From NCBI GenBank assembly GCA_016873615.1, contig VGWX01000003.1, forward strand, positions 1-63,963: a DNA stretch of 63,963 nt, given 5' to 3'. A model generated the notes under the pieces. The model was not told the DNA's origin. It worked only from the letters and a program-made list of their open reading frames with translations, and made no database searches. Source of the stretch: Nitrospira sp. (GTDB lineage Bacteria > Nitrospirota > Thermodesulfovibrionia > Thermodesulfovibrionales > SM23-35). Position 1 is the stretch's first letter. Each line of letters begins with the position of its first letter. The translations under genes and the position numbers were made by a program. This document shows positions 1 through 8,841 of the stretch, piece by piece.

Positions 1-636
1 ATAACCCCGAGGACCCAAACTAAATATCTCAGAGAGGTAAGCAATTTTGCACACTATTTCAAGAAGTCGCCGGAGGAGCTTGGAGAGGAGGAAGTAAAGA
101 AGTACCTTGTCCATTTGCTGGAGGACAGGAAATTATCCACTGGGACATACAAAAACTATGTGGCCGGGATCAAGTTTCTCTATAGAACAACCCTGAACCG
201 CGGGGAGGTTGTCGAAAAGATCAAATATCCGAAGGCCAAGATAAAGCTTCCGGTGGTCCTGGATCTGTCTGAGGTGAGGACGATGCTTTCCGTCATGGAG
301 AATCTCAAGCGCCGGGCTGTCTTGACGATCACCTATTCCGCAGGTCTCAGGGTCAGCGAGACGGCGCACCTTAAGGTAACCGATATCGACAGCAAGCGGA
401 TGATGGTGCGAGTGCGGCAGGGCAAAGGGGGCAAGGACCGCTACCCCATCCTGTCTAAGGCCACTCTTGAATGTCTAAGGGAATACTGGAGAGCGTATCG
501 CCCGAAAGATTGGTTATTCGAAGGGCAGATCGAAGAGCCCACCGGATGCCTCTTCATCATCATCGCGCCATGCACGCCATCGAGGTATGCAGGACTGCTG
601 CTCTTGGCGGACATAGGTATACTAAGACGGCTGTAA
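1..636 (+). pseudogene. Tyrosine recombinase (phage-integrase family); 5' end lies off-window and the C-terminal catalytic region is frameshifted or deleted
   Basis: Frame 1 is open from base 1 (ITPRTQTKYLREVSNFAHYF...). It has the SAM-like N-domain, box I 'YSAGLRVSETAHLKVTDID' and 'RQGKGGKDRYPILS'. After 'DWLFEGQ' the frame degenerates. An 'LGGHRYTKT' remnant (LLGH-box-like) sits in another frame (471..833). No intact HxxR/Tyr region is present. Confidence 0.6.
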
Positions 637-989
637 GTAAGGATACATTCTTACTAATGACCGTATTAGTAACATTGCTCCGCATCACAATATTCCTCCA
701 AGAAACACATATTTCTCCTCGCATTGAACGCCTTGGCAATTTAGATAACCGTGTCATTCAAAGCGAAAGAAATACCTATGATCTGTCCTGCTTCGTTTGC
801 TTGAATGGGGATTCAATAGATATCAAGAACTGATGATTTTGCGTATAACTGTGAGAACTTGCCGGGGAATGAATATTTCAGAAGAGCATTTTTTTATTGA
901 AGGATTCATCGAAGCATAATCTGATATATCTGAGAAATCGAATCTTGCCTATCAGCCAAACAGAGGTTTTTATCCCCTGAAGTTTTACT

Positions 990-3524
990 TTACTCAAAGC
1001 TTGCAAACCTCGCCGGGTCTATTGTCCTTGCTACTTTTGACGGCAGGAAGCCCGCAAATATTGTGGTCAGAAACAGGATCAGCGTTACAACAGAAAGATA
1101 TAAGAAAGGCACCTGGAAATGTATTTCCCAACCAAAGGAAATCTTATTAACAACGTATATTAAGATAAAACTCATAAGCGACCCGAGGAGACTCCCGAGA
1201 AAAATCCCCGTAATGCCTATAATCCCTGCTGAGAGAATAAGCGTCTCCTGTATCTGTTTCCAGCTTCCTCCCAGATAGCGTATGATGCTTATCTCTCTTT
1301 TCCGCTCAAACACAAGGGCTAAAAGGGTATTGATCACACCTATCAATGAAACAATAATCGATATAAACTCTATGGCATAGGTGATGGCAAAAGTTTTGTT
1401 GAAGATATCCAACACCTTGTCCCTCAATTCCTGATTATTCATGATCTCAAGAGAATAATCAGGCAAAAGGGTCGATCTTAATTTACTGATAAATGTATCC
1501 GGGGCAACCCCTTCCTTCAGATAGACACTGATCTGCGTTGCATCATCCAGCCCCCAGTACTTTTTCAGCCATTTCCTGTCTATATAAATAAATCCGGCAG
1601 TCGTTGAATAGCTTGAAAAGATATCATTAATCCTGAATGCCACATTGCCTGCCGGGGATTTCAGGTGGATCGTATCTCCCTTTTTCAGTCCATATTTAAT
1701 GCTTAAATAATCAGAAATGCCTGCTATCTGCCCGTTTCCCTCCATCTCCTGCAGGACTTCTTCGTATCCTCTGTCGGAACACATCCTGCTCAGGTATTTT
1801 CTCTTTGTCCCGACATCGGCAAAGCCTGCTGTTACCTTCCTGCCGTTCAGGTCAAGCTGCATGGCCCTGAATTTATCGACTCCTGCTACCTCAGGAAAAC
1901 TCTTCACTGTATCAATCACGTCCGCGGACATCGGATAAAAACAAAAATTTGCCTTGCAGGAAGCGGGCTTTATATATACATCTGCTGTTATATTCTTGTG
2001 TATCCATCCCTTCAGAGAATCCCTGAAAGAAAATATTAGCGTCAGGAATGCAATGATTAAAGCGCTGCTTATGGCAACACTCATTAAGGCCACAGAAAAC
2101 CGGTAGATATTTCCTTTTATATCTCCGATGGTGATTTTCCCTGTTGCCCTGAATATTTTTTCAGAGGGTCTTCTGATAACCCATAAAATTGCGGTTAGAT
2201 ATGAAGGTGAAATGAATGTAAATCCGGTAATGATAAAGAGAATTCCTGCGTAAGCGAGGACCGGAAATTCAAATGGGGTATAGACATGGTCCATAAAGGA
2301 TACGGTCGCTCCTGAAATGATGCAGATTATGCCTGCAAAAGAAAACCATTTATGATATCTCCTGTATCTGCCCTCAAATGAACCCTCCCTTGAACTCTCG
2401 TTCGGTCTGATTTTTGACGCCTCAAGAGCGGGTATGGCAGAAGCAAGGAGAGAGACAGACAGACCTAACAGCAAGGCCATAAAAGCATCATGCATTGTGA
2501 TCGCATATTCGGATATGGATATTGTGCTGTACATCGTTGATATGGTCTTTTCAACGGCAATGACAGAAAAATATGCTGCAAGCTGGCCGAAGATGATACC
2601 GATCACCGAACCGATAAGACCTAAAAAAATGCCCTGAACGATGAATAGCAGGACAACTGTTTTTTTATCAGCACCGAGGCCCCTCATGATGCCTATCTCG
2701 GTCCTCCTCTTAACGACCGAGATAAACACTGTGTTGTAAAGCAGAAAAATCCCGACGAGAATAGCTATAAGGCTTATAAACTGAAGGTTATACCGGAATG
2801 ATGCAACGAGCGACTTCTGGTTCCTGAAAATTTCTTCCTTCTTTTCGATCGACAGGTTTAAAGGAAGTTTTTTTTGTAATTCAGTGGTTGTCTTTTCATC
2901 TGATGCAAGATCAATCCTTGAAAGATATCCGCTCCTGTTGAAATATTCCTGAAAGTTGCCGATGTCCATGAAAACAGCGTTAGTGAGCAGTGATTCAGCA
3001 TTAAGGATCTCAATGACCTTCAGTGGATACTCTTTATCATACACAAGGGCCCTGAACGTGTCCCCTTTTTTCAGGGAATATCTCTCGGAGAACTTTTTCG
3101 TTATCAGGACACCGTTGATCTCTTTCAAAAAATGTTCCATCCCGGTATGCTGAGAAAGAGACACCCTGAAATATCGGATTGCTTTCAGGGTCTGTACCCC
3201 CTGTATATCAATGGTATCCCTGAACGCCGGGATATAACCGAATGTCTTTAGAACCGGAAAACTGTTTTCTTCTGCGGAAGAGACATCTTTGTAAATTTTC
3301 TCATCGAAATCCGTGCCTGAAGTATCGAGGACTTCATAATTTGCATAAGGGTTAATCCCCTTGATATCAGACTCAAAGGAAGCTACAGCACGGTCAGAAG
3401 CTACCTTAACACCGGTAAAGAGGCCTATCCCAAGTGCTATGCCAAGAACCGACAGGAAAGTCAAGAATTTTTCCTGTCTTATATTCCGCACGATCAGGAT
3501 CCTGACGAGTTTCAGAAAGTTCAT
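990..3524 (-). CDS. ABC transporter permease, duplicated FtsX/MacB-type domain (844 aa)
   Basis: Two FtsX-like four-TM modules, each preceded by a large extracytoplasmic loop. Overlaps the upstream ATPase gene by 4 nt. Confidence 0.85.
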   Translation of the reverse strand: MNFLKLVRILIVRNIRQEKFLTFLSVLGIALGIGLFTGVKVASDRAVASFESDIKGINPYANYEVLDTSGTDFDEKIYKDVSSAEENSFPVLKTFGYIPAFRDTIDIQGVQTLKAIRYFRVSLSQHTGMEHFLKEINGVLITKKFSERYSLKKGDTFRALVYDKEYPLKVIEILNAESLLTNAVFMDIGNFQEYFNRSGYLSRIDLASDEKTTTELQKKLPLNLSIEKKEEIFRNQKSLVASFRYNLQFISLIAILVGIFLLYNTVFISVVKRRTEIGIMRGLGADKKTVVLLFIVQGIFLGLIGSVIGIIFGQLAAYFSVIAVEKTISTMYSTISISEYAITMHDAFMALLLGLSVSLLASAIPALEASKIRPNESSREGSFEGRYRRYHKWFSFAGIICIISGATVSFMDHVYTPFEFPVLAYAGILFIITGFTFISPSYLTAILWVIRRPSEKIFRATGKITIGDIKGNIYRFSVALMSVAISSALIIAFLTLIFSFRDSLKGWIHKNITADVYIKPASCKANFCFYPMSADVIDTVKSFPEVAGVDKFRAMQLDLNGRKVTAGFADVGTKRKYLSRMCSDRGYEEVLQEMEGNGQIAGISDYLSIKYGLKKGDTIHLKSPAGNVAFRINDIFSSYSTTAGFIYIDRKWLKKYWGLDDATQISVYLKEGVAPDTFISKLRSTLLPDYSLEIMNNQELRDKVLDIFNKTFAITYAIEFISIIVSLIGVINTLLALVFERKREISIIRYLGGSWKQIQETLILSAGIIGITGIFLGSLLGSLMSFILIYVVNKISFGWEIHFQVPFLYLSVVTLILFLTTIFAGFLPSKVARTIDPARFASFE

Positions 3525-4165
3525 TCAAAGACTACCCCGTCTTTTATCCTTACGATTCTATCCGCATATTCTGCAATATACGATTCATGGGTAACGAGAA
3601 TAACTGTCTTATTCATCTCTTCAGTCAATTCCTGAACAAGATACATGATCTTCCTGCCGGTTTCGCTGTCAAGGCTCCCTGTCGGTTCATCCGCAAGAAT
3701 AATCTCAGGTTCGTGTATCAGAGCCCGTGCGATCGCAACGCGCTGCTGCTCGCCACCCGATAGCTGGTAAGGGTATTTATCCTCTTTGCCGTCAAGATTA
3801 ATCCGCTTTATCTGCTGAAAAACTTTTTCTCTGTCTTCTGACCCGTTGAGCAGCAGAGGCATGGATATATTCTCAAACACTGTAATATTCGGCAGAAGGT
3901 TAAAAAACTGGAATATAAAGCCTATCTTCTTCCTTCTGTAAAGGGTCAGTTTTTCATCTGTAAATACCGATATGTTTTCTCCATTTACGATGACCGCCCC
4001 TTTCTCCGGCCTGTCCATGCCACCTATGAGGTTCAGAAGCGTAGACTTCCCTGACCCTGAACTGCCCATGACCGAGATAAACTCCCCTTTTTGTATAATG
4101 AGATTTATCCCATTCAGGACCTTATGTCCTCCATAGTATTTCTCTACATTTTCAAGTTTTATCAT
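3521..4165 (-). CDS. ABC transporter ATP-binding protein (MacB/LolD-like)
   Basis: Walker A 'GSSGSGKST', signature '[15 protein letters not shown]', Walker B '[11 protein letters not shown]'. Confidence 0.92.
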   Translation of the reverse strand: MIKLENVEKYYGGHKVLNGINLIIQKGEFISVMGSSGSGKSTLLNLIGGMDRPEKGAVIVNGENISVFTDEKLTLYRRKKIGFIFQFFNLLPNITVFENISMPLLLNGSEDREKVFQQIKRINLDGKEDKYPYQLSGGEQQRVAIARALIHEPEIILADEPTGSLDSETGRKIMYLVQELTEEMNKTVILVTHESYIAEYADRIVRIKDGVVFE

Positions 4166-4166
4166 C

Positions 4167-5222
4167 TCAATACCCGGTCATCTCAACATATGCCCTTCCA
4201 TTTGCAGTCCCTTCAACCCTGCAGGTCCCTTCCCAATAATAGTTCCCGGTTGAATAATATGCCAGAACTTCCTGCTCTCTGATGAGAGGTATAATTTTTG
4301 CTGTTACCTTTTCAGATGGAATTCTTATCTCCCATTCTGATGGGTATTTCGCATTGGTTTTGGGGGATTTATAATGATCCATAACTGCAACTGAAAAATC
4401 GTCCTTTGAAAGATGTCTGTATGTACCGTCCGGATAAATAAAAGTGCCTGATGAATAGCGGTCGATTGAGCCATCCTTATTCCTGAGCATATACAGCATG
4501 ATCTCCCTCTGATCATCAAGCTGTATCGAGAACCAGTCCCAGCCGGCCTGCTTTTTGCCCAATCCCCTTGAGGATATTTCTCTGTCAAACCAGCTCATTC
4601 CTTTCACCGTGAAGATGTTATTACCGATAGTAAGTTTCCCCTCTGTCTTTAAATGTGTATAAGAGAAATAGATAGAAGCTATGAGAGGAGACTCTTCTGA
4701 TTTCCGTGAATATCCGTTTTCGCCATTCAGCACAACTGCCTTCTCAGGCACTAATTGCAGATCGATTGCCTTCTCTTTATCCGAGGCCTTCAGATGTATT
4801 TTCTCAACAGTTCCATCCGCAATATTATTACCGGTCCATATCCTGAGACGGCTATCCTCTGCGCCGGCAAAGCCATATGCTCCGCTATCCGTTTTATCAG
4901 AGAAATAAAATCTGTTTCCCTCAACATCTGAGACCGCAAAATGTGAGATGTAGATATTGTTTACTCCAAATTTGGATTTAAACTCCCTTTTCTGGAGATT
5001 GACAACAAAAAAAGTGAGTTCATAACCAAACTCCCTTCCAGCCTGATCAAACAGATGTCCGGTAAAATACCACCACTGAACCCGGTATCCCTTTTTGTAA
5101 TAAAAATCCCGTGGGAATGCTATTTTGTAACCGCTTGTGACGTCAAGATACCCCTCGCTGCCGGCAAAAGACGGGCCTGCCAGCAGGCAAATAATAATAA
5201 CCAGCATTTGCAAGCGAAGCAT
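4167..5222 (-). CDS. AttH/CrtC-like (hydroxyneurosporene-synthase fold) lipocalin-type secreted or lipoprotein
   Basis: Signal peptide 'MLVIIICLLAGPSFAG'. Family motif 'RVQWWYFTGHL...GYELTFF'. First gene of the ABC operon. Confidence 0.7.
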   Translation of the reverse strand: MLRLQMLVIIICLLAGPSFAGSEGYLDVTSGYKIAFPRDFYYKKGYRVQWWYFTGHLFDQAGREFGYELTFFVVNLQKREFKSKFGVNNIYISHFAVSDVEGNRFYFSDKTDSGAYGFAGAEDSRLRIWTGNNIADGTVEKIHLKASDKEKAIDLQLVPEKAVVLNGENGYSRKSEESPLIASIYFSYTHLKTEGKLTIGNNIFTVKGMSWFDREISSRGLGKKQAGWDWFSIQLDDQREIMLYMLRNKDGSIDRYSSGTFIYPDGTYRHLSKDDFSVAVMDHYKSPKTNAKYPSEWEIRIPSEKVTAKIIPLIREQEVLAYYSTGNYYWEGTCRVEGTANGRAYVEMTGY

Positions 5223-5463
5223 ATATATAGTTTACAAGGTTTAAAGGTTTCTATGGTCTGCCTGTATCGTTTCTGTCTAAATTTTGTCGAGGTCCGGCGA
5301 AACTCACGCCAAGGCAGCACGGCTTTATTCTCAAAGCTACATGGAAAAAAACGCAACCCACAGTCTGACTGCAGTGAAATAAGCGCATAAAAAAACGTTT
5401 TTAAAACTCTTCATGATCAGAATCCATTGCTATTTCAAGATGTTTTTTGGATAATGAATAATC

Positions 5464-8133
5464 ATGAAAAAAGTCATCCCGGAATTATTTTTGCAAAAGG
5501 CAAACGAATGTAAAGACAAAATAGCCTTTAATTATTTTAAAGATGAATGGAAAACCATCACCTACGAAAAACTACTTGCCAATGTAAAGTCCATTGCATC
5601 ATATCTCATAACAACCGGAATAAAGAAAGGGGACAGGATTGCTATTGTCTCTGAGAACCGGCCGGAATGGAGCACAGCATATTTTGCACTTTCATTGGCC
5701 GGAGGGATTGGTGTTCCTATGGATGTCCAGCTCGGTCCGGATGAAATAAGAAACCTCCTTGCTGACTCAGAAACAAAGGTCATCTTTTACAGTTCAAAAA
5801 CAGAAGAAAACGTTGCAAAGGCAATAATGCAGAACGCTTCTTTGCAGGTTGATCGAATAAATTTTGACTCTTCTGCTTTCAATAAATGCTTGCTGACACC
5901 TGATACCGGCGGATTTCCCGATATTTTTGAAGAAGACCTTGCCTCGATCATTTATACCTCGGGCACAACAGGAAAGCCCAAAGGAGTTATGCTGACCCAC
6001 AAGAACTTCTGCTCTGATGCAGAGGCGCTCATAGCGGCAGGTATACTATCTCACGATGACAGCGTCATAGGTGTCCTCCCCCTGCATCACACCTATCCGT
6101 TCCTGGGGAACTGTATCCTTCCGTTATTTCTCGGTATCCCTGTATCATTTCCCCCGAGTCTGAAAGGCCCTGACCTTATGGCAACCATGAGAGATTTCGG
6201 AGTAACCCTGCTTGTCAGCGTGCCGCAATTACTTGAACTGATCCGTAACGGTATTTTTAACAAGATCAGGCAGCTGCCGGGACCTTTGCCGAAAATAATG
6301 TTCAGGATTCTGAATATCTCAGGAAATCTGAGGCGCAAATATGATATTAACCTCGGCAAGGTTATCTTCAAATCAGTCCATAAATCCCTCGGTGAGAAGT
6401 TCAGGTTCTCTGCCTGTGGAGGCGCAAAGCTGGACCCGCAGGTGATGAAAGACCTTGAAGCCCTTGGTTTGACAATACTCGAAGGGTACGGGCTTACCGA
6501 GACCTCGCCGGTTGTTGCTTTTAATCCAATAGAAAAAAGAAAACCGGGATCTGTTGGAAGGGTATTGCCTTCAGCGGAAATAAAAATAACAGATCCTGCG
6601 ACCAGCAAAGAATTGCAGATAATGCATGAGGGCGAGATTCTCATCAAAGGGCCTATGGTTATGAGTGGATATTATAAGAATCCGGAGGCTACGGAGCAGG
6701 TGTTGGAAAATGGATGGTTCCATAGCGGCGATCTTGGCTATATTGATCATGACGGCTATCTCTTCATAACCGGCAGGATAAAAGAAGTAATTGTCCTGAG
6801 CTCGGGCAAGAACATCTATCCTGATGAGGTAGAAAAGCAGTATCTGAAAATACAACTGATAAAAGAGATATGCGTAATGGGCATTGAGGAGAAAGGGATG
6901 ATCGATTCTATTCAGGCGGTTGTCGTGCCTGATTTTGAATACGCAAAAAAGAATCAGATCGCTAATCTCCAGGAAGCCTTAAAATGGGAAGTGAACAGTA
7001 TATCTGCTCTCCTTCCGTCATACATGAGGCTGAAAGGATACACTCTGTATCCCGAACCTCTGCCAAGAACCCCGCTCGGAAAGCTCAGAAGGTTTTTGGT
7101 AAAAGACCTGATCAAAGTTAAAAGTGAAAAGTTAAAAGTTAAAAGTGAAGACAAGGGCATTGTTCAGGATGAAATTGGCAGGAAGGTTATCGAATGCATT
7201 AAGCCATTATTGAAAGAAGCGATCCCTGTTCAGGCAGCAGACAATCTTGAGCTTGATCTCGGGCTTGATTCACTGGCGAAAATTGAACTTGTTGTTTCAC
7301 TCGAAAAGGTTTTTTCTATGAAACTTCCTGAAACCTTAACTGCAGAAGCACAGACGGTTGAGGAATTAATTGCAAGGATTAAAGAATATGGCACAGGTGG
7401 AATCAGCGCCATTGAAAAGAAACCTGCATGGAAAGACATTTTAACAACTGAGCTTTCTTTAGATGACAGGGGAAAAGTTGGGTTTCATCACAACGTCCTT
7501 GAGCGGTTGATTATATTTACGGGTTTGTACATAGTAAAGATCATCTCGAAGATATTTTTCAGCCTGAAAACCGAGGGACTCGAGAATATTCCTGAAAAAG
7601 GCCCGTATATCATCACACCCAACCACGCCAGCTTTCTCGACGCCTTTGTTGTTGTTGCCGGAATGCCGGCAAAATCATTCGATAGTTTATATACACTGGG
7701 CATTCAAAAATACTTTACCGGCAGATTAGGAGAGTCATTTGCAAAGCTTGCCAATGTTATACCAATTGACCAGGAAATGTATCTCAATAAAGCGCTCCAG
7801 ATGTCATCCCATGTATTGAGAAACGGAAAGTCGCTTCTGGTTTTTCCTGAAGGCGGCAGGTCTTTTGACGGGGGTATCATTGAGTTCAAGAAGGGAGTGG
7901 GCATACTTTCAACCGAGCTGAATATACCTTTAATTCCTGTTTATATCAAAGGTTCATTTGAGGCCCTCCCGAGAGCTGCAAAATGGCCGAAATACAGTGA
8001 GATTAAGGTAAGTTTTGGAAAACCCCTGTATCCATCTGATGTGGATATGTCTCAGAAACCGGACGGATTAGACGAATATCAATTCTTTGTGAATGAACTA
8101 CGAAAAAGAGTCGAAGGCTTAAAAGAATTGTAG
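5464..8133 (+). CDS. Tri-domain fusion: acyl-AMP ligase (long-chain acyl-CoA/ACP synthetase) + phosphopantetheine carrier domain + PlsC-type lysophospholipid acyltransferase (Aas-like, reversed domain order)
   Basis: AMP-binding motifs 'YTSGTTGKPKGVMLTH' and 'GWFHSGDLGYIDHDGYLFITGRIKE'. Carrier motif 'LGLDSLAKIELV'. Acyltransferase motifs 'NHASFLD' (HX4D) and 'FPEGGRS'. Confidence 0.85.
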   Translation: MKKVIPELFLQKANECKDKIAFNYFKDEWKTITYEKLLANVKSIASYLITTGIKKGDRIAIVSENRPEWSTAYFALSLAGGIGVPMDVQLGPDEIRNLLADSETKVIFYSSKTEENVAKAIMQNASLQVDRINFDSSAFNKCLLTPDTGGFPDIFEEDLASIIYTSGTTGKPKGVMLTHKNFCSDAEALIAAGILSHDDSVIGVLPLHHTYPFLGNCILPLFLGIPVSFPPSLKGPDLMATMRDFGVTLLVSVPQLLELIRNGIFNKIRQLPGPLPKIMFRILNISGNLRRKYDINLGKVIFKSVHKSLGEKFRFSACGGAKLDPQVMKDLEALGLTILEGYGLTETSPVVAFNPIEKRKPGSVGRVLPSAEIKITDPATSKELQIMHEGEILIKGPMVMSGYYKNPEATEQVLENGWFHSGDLGYIDHDGYLFITGRIKEVIVLSSGKNIYPDEVEKQYLKIQLIKEICVMGIEEKGMIDSIQAVVVPDFEYAKKNQIANLQEALKWEVNSISALLPSYMRLKGYTLYPEPLPRTPLGKLRRFLVKDLIKVKSEKLKVKSEDKGIVQDEIGRKVIECIKPLLKEAIPVQAADNLELDLGLDSLAKIELVVSLEKVFSMKLPETLTAEAQTVEELIARIKEYGTGGISAIEKKPAWKDILTTELSLDDRGKVGFHHNVLERLIIFTGLYIVKIISKIFFSLKTEGLENIPEKGPYIITPNHASFLDAFVVVAGMPAKSFDSLYTLGIQKYFTGRLGESFAKLANVIPIDQEMYLNKALQMSSHVLRNGKSLLVFPEGGRSFDGGIIEFKKGVGILSTELNIPLIPVYIKGSFEALPRAAKWPKYSEIKVSFGKPLYPSDVDMSQKPDGLDEYQFFVNELRKRVEGLKEL
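7114..7149 (+). repeat. In-frame copy of the AAGTTAAAAGTGAAAAGTT repeat family, inside the fusion CDS
   Basis: The DNA 'aaagttaaaagtgaaaagttaaaagttaaaagtgaa' encodes 'KVKSEKLKVKSE', exactly between the adenylation and carrier domains. The same 19-mer occurs in the tRNA spacers at 63.5-63.7 kb. Confidence 0.7.
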
Positions 8134-8787
8134 TAGAGCGTTTCGGTCAGACAGGTCCTGAACTACGTAATCCGCACCTGCTTCAATAAGATCATTATAT
8201 GAATATGGACCCGTTGCCACAGCGATACACATTGCTCCATAGATATGTGCACACTCGACATCACGGGGGGTGTCTCCAACTATTATGCAGTTGTCAGGTT
8301 CTATCTTTTGCTGAAATAATTCCTCAAAACGTTTTAAAGCAATCGGCAAAAGATTGTTTCTGTCTTCATCATCACTGCCGAAAGCGCCTGCAGGGAAATA
8401 TTCATTCAGTCTGAATGGTTCGAGCTTGATCCTCGCACCCTGTTCAATATTTCCGGTGAGAAGCCCCAATCCCAAATTTTGCAAAGGCTTCAGTTCTTTT
8501 AACGCTTCATAGATTCCCGGCTTAACATGTTTCCTGTCATTATTTATTTCTCTCCTGAGGTAATTCAGATAAGCTTTAATAACAGCATCAATAGTTCCAC
8601 TGGCTGAGAGGCCATGTTTTATTATGCCTTCCTTAATAATCTGTGTATCTGTTTTACCGGCCATGCTTATACCATGAAAGCCGTTTTCAATAGAAAACAA
8701 ATCTTTTAACGCAAGGTCGAGCGAACGCACTCCTGCCCCGCCTGAATCAATCAATGTCCCGTCAATATCAAAAAGCACCAATCGCAT
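8119..8787 (-). CDS. HAD-superfamily hydrolase (phosphoglycolate-phosphatase-like)
   Basis: Motif I 'LFDIDGTLIDS' and motif IV 'VGDTPRDVECA'. The 3' end overlaps the convergent fusion gene by 15 nt. Confidence 0.85.
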   Translation of the reverse strand: MRLVLFDIDGTLIDSGGAGVRSLDLALKDLFSIENGFHGISMAGKTDTQIIKEGIIKHGLSASGTIDAVIKAYLNYLRREINNDRKHVKPGIYEALKELKPLQNLGLGLLTGNIEQGARIKLEPFRLNEYFPAGAFGSDDEDRNNLLPIALKRFEELFQQKIEPDNCIIVGDTPRDVECAHIYGAMCIAVATGPYSYNDLIEAGADYVVQDLSDRNALLQFF

Positions 8788-8841
8788 GAATTATTTTAAC
8801 CTGAACATTCCATGAATATACAGCCTCTAAATGCGCCTCTC

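Noticed and set aside
471-833. 120-aa ORF as an independent gene after the integrase.
   Set aside because: It overlaps the integrase frame. It contains only a short LLGH-like remnant followed by low-information sequence, consistent with a frameshifted pseudogene tail.
637-989. Possible attachment site, tRNA fragment or mobile-element end between the integrase remnant and the ABC operon.
   Set aside because: Only a 6-bp hairpin (AGTAAG/CTTACT) was seen. There is no tRNA-like segment and no repeat shared with other parts of the window.
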